Source of the DNA: Antedon mediterranea
Lineage: Eukaryota; Animalia; Echinodermata
NCBI RefSeq assembly: GCF_964355755.1
Contig: NC_092676.1
Span: 11,075,888-11,139,887, forward strand
DNA: 64,000 nucleotides
Direction: 5' to 3'
Shown here: positions 1-12,621 of the stretch, in pieces
Layout: every line of letters begins with the position of its first letter
Numbering within the stretch: position 1 is the first letter of the stretch
The notes under the pieces: model-generated
The model's database searches: none
What the model was told of the DNA's origin: nothing
Seen by the model: the letters and a program-made list of their open reading frames with translations, nothing else
Made by a program: the position numbers and the translations under genes

Positions 1-129
1 CAATTGATTATTTGTCTGGTCCACAGGTCACCATCTCGGACATTCTCCCCTCAACCACTAAATATTCAGGTTTGACATCCGTAAAGCAGGATGCTGCTCC
101 AGTAGTTAAAGATGTGCTTAATGATAACT

Positions 130-1070
130 GTCTTATGAACAGTTTCGTATTAAATATGATATACGTTTGGCTTCCTTGACATACCATGATATAATTGTAG
201 CTATTCCTAAAATATGGAGAGATGCCATGCAATCTAAGAACTATGATATAATTTTAAAACAAAAAAGTGAAGTAATTATAGCATCGGATTTAAAATTAAT
301 AACAAAACTTGCATACACATTAATAATTAATCGTATTAGTACTCTTATCTCCCGCATACCTGTATCAAATTGGAAAACGAATTTTTACATATAGCTGACT
401 GGGATGTGTTATATAAATTAACATACAAAAGTACAATAGACACGACAAGACTGATATATTTTCAGTACAAAATATTAAATTGTTCTTGACTACAAATGTT
501 TTACTAAAAAAAGATTCTTTTAAGGAAGAGCCAGGGTGTTTGCAATATCTTTTTTGGAAATGCAAAAATTAATATCATTTTGGAAAGACGTCCAACTCTG
601 GTTGAACAATAGAAATATGAAAATAGTTTTTAATGCAAAAATTATATTATTGGATTTTCCAAAACTTTCTGTAATAAATTTCATTATTTCGATAGGAAAA
701 TACTATATTTATAGATGTAAATGGAGAAATATAGCAGTAACACTAAAATATTTCCTAGTCGAACTAAAATATCTCCAAAATATGGAATGGCACATTGCAC
801 AAAAAAGGATAAAATAGATATGCACTTGAAAAAGTGGTTACATATCGGACAGAATGGGTAGTTGAAAACCAATGTTAGGTAATAGCTCGAAATCTGATCG
901 CTTATATATTTTTTACATATTCACATTTGGTTATTGGTTAATGTATAGTATTATGTAAGTTGTGTATATATGGTGTTTTTGTGGGTTTTTTTAAACTGAA
1001 AACAAAGTTATTAAAGACATACTGTTTTTGGTACCATGAAATATGAAATCAATAATTAAAATAAAAAACG
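130..1070 (+). pseudogene. Degenerate 3' end of a non-LTR retrotransposon ORF2 (L1/Tx1-like, zf-RVT region)
   Basis: Frameshifted ORFs 167-394 and 536-817 contain 'FWKDVQLWL...INFIISIGKYYIYRCKW', preceded by a degraded 'KEEPGCLQYLFWKC' zinc-finger-like stretch. A-rich tail near 1050-1068. Boundaries approximate. Confidence 0.65.
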
Positions 1071-1345
1071 GATGCTGCCCAAAAAATTTGCAAAATACGG
1101 CTTTAATTAACTTGCTTTTTTAATTGTCGTAACAAACTGGTGTATTTAGTATCTAGTAATTTTATTACTGTAGCTTATTAGCCGTGGCACTAAGTGGGTT
1201 AGGCAGTGTTGGCGAATATTTATGACTATACCAAAATAACCTAAGCATTTACGCTTGAAGTTTTTATAAAAAAGTTACCATCACACACTTACAAATACCT
1301 TAGACCTTTGTGATTTAACTTTCTTTTAATGATTATAATTTTTAC

Positions 1346-1964
1346 CTGGACAAAAATCTTCATTTGAACAACTTCTATGTTCTTCAGATGACCCAATGCA
1401 ATGTGTACCACCACAAAATGCTGAAGTTACTTCACTCCGAGTTCTTGATTGTGAACCACCACTCCCACAAGTTACAGAACATGATGACCAGTTTTGCCAG
1501 TCACTCCAAACACAATTAACCTGATCTTCATCGACGCACTGTCTCGATTCTGTAGGTGATCCACTGCTGCAATCCGTGCCTCCACATACTGCCGATGTCT
1601 TCACACGTGTTCTTGTTGATGTACCCATTCCGCAAGAAACAGAACAGGCTGCCCATTCCTGCCAGTTTCCCCAAACACAATTTACTGAATTTCCAGGATT
1701 ACAAGTTCTTGTTTCGTATGATGGTCCACTACATCCTCCTCCGCCACATGATGCATGGACTCTAATAGTCCGGCTTCTCGATTGTATTCCTCCGCTTCCG
1801 CAGGTTATTGAACAAGATGACCATGCTTGCCAGCTGTTCCACTGGCAGTTTCCTGGACTGCACGATCGTCTACGTCGTCTACGTCGTCTAACTCTAAAAC
1901 CCGCGTCAACGAGTAGTAATTCTAATACAACTAAGCATACCAAAAATACCAGAGTAGCTTGCAT
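1346..1964 (-). CDS. First coding exon of a secreted thrombospondin type-1 (TSP1) repeat protein: signal peptide, poly-Arg tract and three TSP1 repeats. The gene continues to the left of the window.
   Basis: Polypyrimidine tract and AG acceptor at 1980-1969, ATG at 1964. Protein reads MQATLVFLVCLVVLELLLVDA-GFRVRRRRRRRR followed by three WxxWxxWxxCSxxCG..RxRxR repeats. Phase-1 GT donor (CCA G|GTAAAA) at 1345, typical of TSP1 module exons. Confidence 0.88.
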
Positions 1965-2469
1965 TTCTCTAAAAAAAAAACAAGAAAACAAAAATGTAAC
2001 ACTGTACACTATCATTTTTAATTTGATTTAATCAACAGTTGCAGTAAAGATTTATCAAGAAAACTGTTATATAAAGAGTTTGATAACGGTGGATTTAAAA
2101 TGCCTCATATTCTTAGTTTTATCGATAGACTCAAAACGTGCAGGATTAAATAATATATTCCTAGATAATAATAATAATAGAAAATGTTGTTGTTTTCACC
2201 ACCAAGCTGAGAAATATTTTCGCTTGTAATTTCTCAACAAAAGTCTCTTCTTATAACAAAACTATCTCCTTGTTTAAAAGATGTAGGCTACTGTTAGCTT
2301 GGGTTGTATCCCATTTTTTACAAATCTAGATTATAGATTCGCTAGATTATAGAGCAATTGCGGTTTTGTGAATAGATCGATTATTATCCAAAGATCTTTT
2401 CAGTTTCAAATCATTCCTTTATTATTAACTCTCTCTCTATCTAACCACAATAACGGAAACTAAAATTAG

Positions 2470-3005
2470 TGACATAATATTATAGCTCAACGACAAAAAA
2501 GTCCAGGATCTGATGGCTTTTCCAATCGAGTTATCAAAAACATAATATACTTTATTTCCAAGCTTTTAGCCCATATTTTTAACCTGTCATTTCAAACGGA
2601 AATGTTCCCAGACTTTATTAAAAAGTGTCAAAGTTATTTCTATATTTTAAAAAGGCGGTCAACATCACTATTTACAATCGACTTTATAATTTTTTTTCTA
2701 AAAATATTATATCTTGTTTAAACATCAGTACGGTTTCAGAAAAGCTTCTTTTAACTGATCTCGCAATAATTGATCTTACAATAAGCACACGGTTGGTATT
2801 TTTCTTGACTTGAGTAAGGCTTTTGACACATGAATCATGATATACTTCTTGATAAACTACAACATTAAAGTGTCAGAGGCCTTCCTCGTTAACTCTCAAG
2901 TAGTTACCTTACTAATCGACAACAATTTACTGCTTTTCGTCCTTTCAATTCCCAACCTTCCATTCAATGCGGCGTTTCACAAGGTTCTATACTTGGTCCA
3001 TTATT
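2470..3005 (+). pseudogene. Highly degenerate LINE reverse transcriptase fragment
   Basis: Frameshifted remnants of KSPGxDG (2500-2520), IFLDLSKAFDT (~2798-2830) and GV(P)[10 protein letters not shown] (2970-3010). Confidence 0.7.
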
Positions 3006-4102
3006 ATTTTTATTTACTCTACAGCTCACCATGTCGGTCGGTTGATCAGTAAACACTAATTGTATATGGCCTTGTTTTGATATCAGGGCCACGGATTCCG
3101 TAGTGAGATAATTTGAATAAGAGTATATTGTGATCAATTGTATCGAAAGCCTTGGAGTGGTCTATAAAAATTCCTAATGTGAGGTGACGGTCTTCGAAAC
3201 CATCAACAATTTGATTAGTTAGGTCGATTAGAGCTGATGCAGTATTATGGCGTTTTCTGAATCCAAATTGTTTTTTTGTAGAATGTTGTATTTATTTATG
3301 AATGAGGACGTACGTTCATAAATCACTCTCTCCAAGGCTTTCGAGAAAATTGAAAGAATTGAGATAGGACGATAGTTGGAGAGATCAGATTTGTTGCCGG
3401 TCTTATAAATAGGAGTAACACGCGCTATCTTCATCCTGTCTAACCTGTTTAACCATTAGATAAAACAAGATTAAAAATATGGGATAATGAAAAGGAGATC
3501 AAATTTGCAACATATTTAATGGGTTTTGTTTTAAAATCGTCAATGCCAGGGGATTTGTTTGTTTCAAAGGATGTCATAATTTTTATTATGTTTATACTTC
3601 CGTCTGGATTAAGGAATAACAATTATCAGTTGGGTTTGGCAGAAAGTCTTTAAATGACTTATTGACATGGGAAATTTTGTTAGCAAGGGAAGGACCAATT
3701 TCTACAAAGTATTTGTTAAAAGCATTACATATTGTATTGGGATCTTTAGTCAGTTCACCGTTACAGTTGATAGAGATATCAGAGTTTCGATTATTGGGGT
3801 TTTTGAGTAGTGAATTGATGGTTTTCCAGGTTGCCTTGATATTATTTTTATGTTTAATGAAAGTGTCCGTAATTTTTTAGCCAGTTTGATCAAAGTATTT
3901 GATTTATTGCGAAATTTTTTGTATGTTTTTTCATTGGCGACAGAAGGACAGTGGAGGAATTTAGAATAAAGTTTGTGTTTATATTTAACTGAATTTAGCA
4001 ATCCATTAGACATCCAGGATTTTTATTTTTTTTATATTTTTTTTTCATTTTTGGAGGGGAAAGTGTTTATTATAAAGTGATTTTAATTTATTGTAAAAAT
4101 TA

Positions 4103-4186
4103 TTATATGCAGTGTTGGGATCGTCAGTGTTTATATGCAGTGTTGGGATCGTCAGTGTTTATATGCAGTGTTGGGATCGTCAGTTT
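4103..4186. repeat. 28-bp tandem repeat, 3 copies (TTATATGCAGTGTTGGGATCGTCAGTGT)
   Basis: Three head-to-tail copies read directly; the third ends slightly diverged. Confidence 0.95.
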
Positions 4187-4993
4187 TTATAACTTCAAGC
4201 CATTGTTGTGTAGCCACATCAATGCGAAAGTTTTCCAGGGATGTATAGTTTATTTACTCATTTACTCATGCATTTCTTCCCTTTTTGAGCCAGTTGGAAC
4301 ATTATTAATAAAAGAAATATTGAAAACAGGAAGATGCTCAGAGATATCACAATACAGTAAACCACTTATGTTGTGATGATTGAACTGATTTGTAAAAATG
4401 TTGTCAAGCAGAGTAGCAGTGGTTTTAGATATACGTGATGGTTTGTGAATTCATGGAAGGTAATGGTTACTAACCAGTGAATTTATAAAATGGCGGGCTT
4501 CGTTATCAAATTCATATTTAAGAATGTCAATATTGAAATCGCCAAGGATATACACAATCTTGTTTTCTTTGGATAATGTGGAAAGACCAGAATCTAGTTC
4601 ATCTGAAAATGTGTTTGGGTCAAAAGAGGGGGGCCTATAAACCGTTCCAATTACGATGTTTTTTAAATTTGGTATGGTAATTTCGATAAAAATTGATTCG
4701 CATGTAGAGGGGTGTAGAGTCAAGTCATTTCTTGTAGAATACTGAAGGCTATCACGAATATACATGGCAACGCCACCATCGACTTTATGGTCTCTGTGAT
4801 TTGCAGTAAAATGGCAATTTGGGAGCTGTACAAGAGGGTTATCATATTTAAGGCAAGTTTCACTTACACCAATGACATCAAACTGATGCTTTGTTGTTTC
4901 TCTAAGAGTTGTTTAATTTGATCAGTGTTTTTAAGGATACTTCTAGAGTTAAAATGAATTGTAGAAAAGCAGTCAGATTTAGTATTCGGGAAT

Positions 4994-6014
4994 TCATTCA
5001 TTCATTCATCTTTTATTGCGGAAAAAAAAAATTCTCCATAGTTCAGCAACAAATTAGTGTACATTATTGCAAATATAACAAATACATATAAATATATATG
5101 TAGAGATATATATAAAAAAAACCTATGCTACATAGTCACAGTTAGAACAATAGATTCATCCATCTACTATGTAGATTGGATGAAGGAAAAGCAAATTCAT
5201 GAATACATTTTATGACAATATTGTCTGACCTCCCTAACCTGCACAACATGCCAAACACCACCTTACGTTGTAGTTCGTAGAACGAGCAGATGTGGTTTTC
5301 TACAAACATGGTGCTGGCACTGCATGACCTAGGTTTATTAAGGAGCAGGCGTAAGGCATTGTTGAAGCACACCTTTAGTGCTTCCATAGATTTTACATTA
5401 AAATTTGCCCACAAAGAAGCACAGTATAAGTTACTACAATATGTTTTAAACAAAAAACACTTTATGTTTTTAGAGCATTTTGAGAAAGTTCTACATAGTG
5501 TATTAGCTCTAATGCACAATGACCTGTACTGTCGTTTGATATCCGTATCATCTTTCAAATCGGGTGTCAACGTGTGACCCAAGTATTTAAAAACTCTAAA
5601 AAAGTCAAGTTCCGACTCAAATAAGTTTAAAGTGGGAAGCTTTGTCAATTTCCTGACTGTAGGACAGAATAACATACATACAGATTTTTTTCTTGTTATA
5701 CAATATATCATGCGTTAATGAGTATTTTTCACACATATGAATTAGATGTTGTAATGCGGAGGCAGATGGTGCAATAAGTACCATATCATCCGCGTAACTA
5801 AGGTTGTTTAGTTTTATACCTTGTAATTCGCATCCATTGCGAGACATACTGAGATTGACAATTAAATCATCCATATAAATATTAAAAAGTAAAGGAGACA
5901 TAACTCCACCTTGTCTAACACCATTGGTAACTGGGAAGTCTCTAGACAATGACTTTCTCCACCGAACATGAAACCTTTGATTGGTATACCAAGATACAAG
6001 AACTCTAACTACAC
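4994..6014 (-). mobile_element. 5'-truncated LINE (RT C-terminal half) nested in the endonuclease start of the 3070-7560 LINE
   Basis: 'GVRQGGVMSPLLFNIYMDDL...YADDMVL' and 'FKYLGH...LFKTYCSNLYCASLW', with a (TGAA)n tail at 4994-5008. Removing it restores the host frame, with a 2-bp AT overlap. Confidence 0.88.
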
Positions 6015-8639
6015 ATGAGTTGGGGTAGTAGTATTGAGATAATTTTTGGTTTTTAGAGAAAAAATGTGTATCAGGATCAATATTAGTAGTAAAATTGTCA
6101 AAATCATTTAAAAAGGGTGAAAAAATGAAGTTGGTTAGTCGGTCATGTTGCGAGGTGCTAGAGGCTATATCAGTTGCATAGTACATACCAAAAAAAAATA
6201 TGTGTTACAAAAACAGTATACGACTTAACGTATTTAAAGAGAGGGGAAAAAAAGAAAAAAAAAGAATCAAAATTGAAATTTTTGGTTAAAATTAACTGAT
6301 ATTGATAAAAATATGATGTGATGAATGAAAACAACAAAATAAAAAAATTAAAAATTAAAAATTATGGAACGTGTATTTATTTTTAAAGTGTTTAATTATT
6401 ATTATTTTCCTTTCAAAAAGTATATAAGTTATCTTGATGCTTGGCATTGTTTCCCTGGCTGACCACTTCCTCTTCTCTTCTGTCCACTTCATCTTCTTCA
6501 TGCTTCTCATCCGTGATCCACACTCTCACCAGTTTAATAATAAAAACATTGTCAAACAAAAGTTAATGATGAAAATAGAAGTAATAATAGTTATGATTAT
6601 CAAAATAATAATTGATAAATAAAAAAAAAATTGATATGATGGAAAAAGAAAAAGAAAAACGTCTTAGCTTTTATGAATGTTGTTTTCAGTTATGACTTAA
6701 TGTTATGTAAGGAGTACTTAGCTGTTCGTTGATTGTTCCTGATTTGGGTGGAAACTCAAAGATGGTTGAGGTCAGAAACTGATCTGATGACGATCTTTTT
6801 CTTGTTCTTTAGCAGACAGTGTACTCTTCCATCTGTGGACCAGGCAGCTTTAACTGCTTCATTACGTGTTGCTAGATGTAATTACAGATTTAAGCGTCTA
6901 GATGTTAGGTTCTCAGTAATTGAGTAACCAGATTTTGTTAGTTGTCGTTTATTGCGAAAAAAATCAGAGCGAGTGCGATATGAGGTGACTTGGATTTAGA
7001 TACTGGTAATACATCGGTGCCAGGATTTAGTTTCTTCCTGCCTAAACGATGTGTGCGATCAATATCACAAATTTCAACCCCTTCTGAGATCCTCGTTGTT
7101 ATTACGTCTATCCCCATTGCTATGTTTTCAGCTAATAAAATGTCATTCTGTTCACGAAGATTAGAAATGTTTGCCGCCGTTACTCCGTTGTCCATGGCAA
7201 CGCTGTCATAAACACTGTCAGTAACCTGATCAATTATAGATTTACTGATTTCAGCAATTAGCGTTTTACTATCACATAGGCTACAGCTTTAAGTTCAGGT
7301 GACGATAATATATGATTACTAATGCTTGTTGCCACAATTGAAATTAGTTGAGGATCGTCGGCCAGAAGGTCATGAAGGGGTCCGACTCTCAGACCTAGCG
7401 GTGATACCGGCTTTTGTTTGTTTGTTTGTCATCACTCTAGCGCTCACAATTTTAATTCGAATGACTCCAAATTACTACGATACATGTCGCCTGGTGCAAG
7501 AACGACATTGCCCAATTTTGACCACGGTCTCAATTCTGGACCACTTTTTAGAATTATTTTCAGACCTGCTAGTGTTAAAAGAAGGGACATAATTTTCACA
7601 AGCCGGTGAGCAGTCTTAAAGTAACAAGTAAACTAAAATTGCATTTTTTGAGAACTACTTGTCCAAAAAACTTCATTTTTGTACAAGAGGCAAGAGTTAT
7701 TATTTGTAATTTTAAAACATAATTAGATAAGGTTTTTGATGCGAGTAGGCCTAGTTTAAAAAACATATTTCTTTTTAAATTCACTCGTTTGATCTTCGCG
7801 TTGCTGTTCTATTGTTAGTCAACTGAAGCTATTGTTAATTGAAAGGCATGTTAAATAACCATTAAACCAAACTCGCATAGACATGTTTATAGTGAAATTA
7901 GCCTAAATCACAAACCGCATTAAGACACACACAAATATACATATATATATATTTTTTCCCGGAGAAATCTTATGTAGGAGAATGTTACATTAGGCGGAGG
8001 TATGCACTCTCGGAGTGGCTTTCTAGTTTAATTTGTTTCCCTTTCTTAATTTCTTCGGCCATCATTGGTTTCAGTTTTTTTCTAATTGCTCTAACTGCTG
8101 CTGTGAAATCTTCACTGACGCTTGCTTCTGCTTGAAAACCATAATAATTAATTTGATTACTACATTTTTATTATTTCTCTGATACCTGCTTATTACTATT
8201 ATGTGTATTTGAAGTGTGAAAAAAAAAATAAAAGAAAAGAAAAAAAAAGGATAAAATGATTGGATCAACAATCATTATTGGCAGTGGAAAGGGTCTGAGA
8301 CTAATAGAACCATGTCAATTCCAACTAATATAAACAAGGCCATATACATGGCTGCATTTTGTACGCGACTAAAAAGCAATGCTTGGAATGATTCACTCTC
8401 TTCCTTTTTCGAAAGAGGAGTCCGGAATTAATCCTAGTGATCAAATCCTGGTGGTCACGCATAGCGATAATCAACACTTGTTTGCAGAACTAGGCAATGT
8501 CCAAAAACAAAATAGTTTCTGGACGAGAAATCATCATCATCTTTAGAATCATTTTATTGATAGCAATGCAAGAATATGTCTCAGGCTAGTGTTTGGATAG
8601 TTCAGAAAATCATGGACATGGATTCAAGATTTATCTAAT

Positions 8640-9150
8640 CTATTCAATGCAATTCAAGGTTTTATTCAATAAAGCGAAATTTATATTGTAGCCAAAGGCT
8701 AAATTGTGTAAAATTTTACAAAATATTGCACATATAAAAAAGTTATCACATAAAAAGAACATCTTATATTAAAATGGAATTGGATAAAGTACATAATATG
8801 AAAATGAGAAAAACATTGAAAAGTAAAAGAAATTGTTACGAATCATGGCCTAATAAAATATCTGTATTAAAACTTATGTATTATTTGTTTATTATTACAC
8901 ATTGGTTGATGACGGCTAAATGTAATTATTCTTTATTATTCAACAGGTTAATTAGGTATGGTAAAGGCTGTTTTTATATCGTTTAGTTCTACATTTTATT
9001 TCTTGATATGGGTTGGTCTTTCTTAAGTTGTACAGTTCTAGGATGTAGCCATGATTGAAAATATGCCGACTTTTTGAGGTATTCAGCAAACCTTAGACAT
9101 AGGTTTTTTCTTCTAGTAGCGAGGGTTTCTAAATTACATACACTGAGAGC
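8640..9150 (-). pseudogene. LINE 3'-end remnant
   Basis: Minus strand reads a 'KRYKNS.LPYLINLLNN'-like C-terminus near 8935-8985, followed by a 3' UTR with AATAAA and a TTGAA-type tail near 8640-8670. Confidence 0.5.
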
Positions 9151-10270
9151 ATTTTCATAGGTTATATAATTTATACCAAGAATTATTCTAAGTACCTTCC
9201 TTTGTATTGCTTCTAATTAATCAATCTGTTTGTTCGTTGTGCCAGCATTCCAAACAGCATTCCAAAACTGGGTTGGTATATACATTTTCTTGATGTACTA
9301 GTTGGACTACTATGTTCTGATTGCAATGCGGACGAAAAAGTGAAAACCAATAATATAATACGATTTGTTAGACGCTTATCCACCAAATTGGTTAAGGCGC
9401 CTGTGAAAACCAATGGAAACTAATCCGTAGACAAAAACCACATAACTGCATTTTATTTACCAGTTAAGGTGCACAGACTTGCTAGTACATAACTTACAAG
9501 TAGAGTCACCAGGCAAAGTGAAAAAAGGGATTAAATTCTTAAACTTGTAAAACCTTAATGATTCTAAAGAAATGTATAAAATATTATTATTTGTCAAAAT
9601 ATCATGAGTAAATCTACTGTTCTTTGTATATATTTCCATACTTACATAGATAATTTGAAGTTTATAAATGGCGTTTACATTTTCTTTATTCAACTATTTA
9701 TAATATTTTGTTTTGTGAGGGGTCTGATTGAAACAACTTGTTACTTCTAAAATAGATCCTAACCAAAAAAAAAGGGTGGGTGAATATTATGTTAAAATGT
9801 TGAATATTTATGTTAAATAATATGTTTCTTTATCATGTCGTTAACGTGATCTTGTTTATCACGTTAATTCCGGCTAACGTGCTCTCTCGGAGAGCCTGTT
9901 AATTATCATGATCTTACGAAGACACATATGCAGAGACGAAATTCAATCAATCAGTGCTTGGTTATTTACTGTATCATCGACCACCCACTGGAAGAAGTCA
10001 CCATTGTTGTTGTTTTGATTTCGTTGACCGCTAGCTTTAACAAGTTGTTTTCCTTTGATAGTTAAATTGCTTAGGTTTAACCCACTATCATACATCAAGT
10101 TAGTTAGACGATTAAAGAATGAAATACCTGATCGCAATCTGGAGAACGAACCAGAAATTAATGTGAAACAGCCAGGACTATTTCGAAAGCTAACCTAACC
10201 TAATTAACAACTCCCTGCCTAGACCGTCCAACCTTACGAAAAGGCTGACACTTGAAATTTTTATAGTTAA

Positions 10271-10571
10271 ATATGTATTGTCCCCCTGAAAAAATAATTA
10301 TTAACAAAATAGTTGTTGAATATGCCATTTTAATGTAACATAATAATTATTCACTTTGACCAAAAATTGGATCGAAAAAATGTATTTACCTGAAAAAAAA
10401 TGGTCAAATTCGCTTTTTGGTTGAATTTAAACATTTATTTTGTCATTTTATAAGTGAAAACATTTGTTTTTTCAATCGAAGTGATTAACTTTATTAAAAT
10501 TACAAAATAACATATTCAAAGTCTGATTTAATTAATCTTCATTTTTCATGTTTTTGGGGGACAATACATCT
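10271..10571. mobile_element. MITE with TTAA target-site duplication (Kolobok-like non-autonomous element)
   Basis: TTAA|A(T)ATGTATTGTCCCCC ... GGGGGACAATACATCT|TTAA. TTAA TSD with AG..CT-type termini matches Kolobok. Confidence 0.75.
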
Positions 10572-11017
10572 TTAAAATCATGTGTTTTGAAACCTAAAGT
10601 TCTGCAAAATTACGGAGTTAATAAATATCATCGATTTTGAACGTTCTTGATTACTGCCGAAATTGTAACAATTTCGGAAAGGTAAGCGTGAGTGAGGTGA
10701 AAATAGAGATGGGCCAGGTTTGTTTTCAAATTAATTCACGCTCGCTACTTAGGCCTACTTTTTGACACGAAATATTTAAGGCAAAGATGCCATGGCTCAT
10801 CCGCAAGAAAACCATGGACAATGCCTATTAGTTACTATTCTTTGTTATCTTAGGCCTGCTGGCTAGCTACTACATAGAGGCCCACACTACAAAAAAACAA
10901 ATCAACAATCCCTTCCCACGTGTGCTCCAAACATGTGTTTGGCGTTTCACGCATCAGTGCACCTCATTAGCATACTTAGATGACGATGTTAAATTCTTAG
11001 GAACGCTCTTCCTGTTC

Positions 11018-11338
11018 AGATGTATTGTCCCCCTGAAAAAAATATTTTTTTGTTGAATATTCCATTTTAATGCAACATAATAGTTATCCACTTTGACCAA
11101 AAATTTGATCGAAAAAAAAAATGCATTTACCTGAAAAAAATGTAATTTAAAGCAAAAAAAGTCAAATTGGCTGCCAGCCAATGGATTTTTGGTTGAATTT
11201 AACCATTTATTTTGCCATTTTATAAGTGAACACATGATTTTTTGTTGTTTTTTTTCTATGGAAGTGATTAACTTTATTAAAGCTACAAAATAACATATTC
11301 AAAGTCTGATTTAACTAATCTTCATGTTTTTGGGGACA
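11018..11338. mobile_element. Second, right-truncated copy of the 10271-10571 MITE
   Basis: Begins AGATGTATTGTCCCCCTGAAAAA, is colinear with the first copy, and ends ...TTTTGGGGACA. Confidence 0.8.
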
Positions 11339-11449
11339 TGATAAAAATCTTACGTGAACGTGGCTACTCCTTATATTCGTTCTGTTTTTTTCTCCTTGTA
11401 ATTGTATGAAATATATATTTTTAGTCTATTGCTCTCTGTAGAACGATTG

Positions 11450-12621
11450 CCTATTATTATTGTCAAACATTTTTTCTGCTCAATTGTTGTGTCACGCAGA
11501 TCTCAAAAACGGCGATAGCAGTTATGTTGTAACTTGGACAGCAGATGCACGTATATATGTAGTTGTGCAACATACTTTGGTTTAATGAAAATATGGTCAC
11601 ATAGCGTAACTACGCGTGATTTTCTTAAACTCTTAAATTGACTAAAAAATAACAGCCTTTTTCAAATGAAACTTGGACACACGTATGCTTCATGTCAAGG
11701 GTCATCTTTCTGTACCATCAGCAAAATTTTTGAACGTTGGTAATTTTGCGCGTACGCGCGTTTTCAAAGTTAAAACTGCTCAAATCAATTTCTAATCAAC
11801 TTTCTACACGTTTCAGGACATTTTAAGTATTTCACATTTTTCACAAACGTCTGCGTCACCTACGCGCTTCTGCGTACTTAGCTCGTACGCAGCTTAGACA
11901 GACCTTTTTTGCAATTGATTGTTGTTCTGTATACCTTTTATGATAAGTTCCTTTCATTTTTGATGAATTATGAATGTAAAATAATGACACACGTGCACGT
12001 CAAACTTTAAAAATCGTGCGCTTAAAAAAGGGTAATTTTATGCAAATTTGTGTAAAAATATGCCGATTTTCAATCGATTATAGCTCTCTGGGATGGCTGT
12101 TGACCCTTATTTTTTTCTAACTAATTATAAAAGGTAATGAGTTGTGGATATGAATTCATGTGAAATTTAGACCGTAAGTATGTTATGACGTCATCATATG
12201 GCCATCTGAATTTTACAAATTGGATTTTTATCTCTTTAGACACAGTTCGTCACATTCAATAGAGCACATAGGTATCACGTAAACGTTATTAATTTTCTTC
12301 CAATTTTCAATAATGTTATTACTCAAAAAATTCTCCTTCAGGCATATGAACTTTTTTTAATTTGAAAAGGTCATCATATTCAAACAATTAAATAAACTTG
12401 AGTAGTGTATAATCAAAATTAACCGTCAACTAAACCATTTACAATGCCAATACCGTCCACTGTTAACGCTTGTTGGTGGACGGTTTTGATCAATGTTATG
12501 CTGTTTGTACAATCGTTGTGGTGCAGCCTACTGTAGACTAAGCCTAATAAATAGCATGTGCGTGATACGATGCGCTTGCGCGATAGTCTAACTCGTCACC
12601 GTGACGAGTTCAAATCTAGTT
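11450..12621 (+). mobile_element. Non-autonomous Helitron/Helentron-like element
   Basis: 3' hairpin AACTCGTCAC-C-GTGACGAGTT (12590-12610) followed by CTAG-TT (12616-12621). Its interior (11750-11830) is similar to the adjacent element at 12880-13950. 5' boundary uncertain. Confidence 0.55.

Larger units (their letters stand above)
3070..7560 (-). mobile_element. Degenerate, 3'-truncated CR1/L2-group LINE (ORF1 plus APE-RT ORF2), interrupted by a nested LINE
   Basis: ORF1 remnant 'IDRTHRLGRKK' (6938-7195). ORF2 start 'IDPDTHFF...YYPNS|FPNTKSDCFSTIHFNSRS' rejoins across the nested insert. APE motifs 'VYRPPS...ILGDFNID' (4451-4765). RT-proximal 'KIARVTPIYKTG..NYRPISILS' (3228-3434). Confidence 0.85.

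Noticed and set aside
1556-2031. Plus-strand ORFs over the TSP1 exon, and similar antisense ORFs over BEL, Gypsy and SLCO exons
   Set aside because: They are shadow frames of real coding sequence on the opposite strand.
4103-4186. 28-bp repeats as a possible CRISPR array
   Set aside because: The copies are head-to-tail with no spacers, in eukaryotic DNA inside a LINE.
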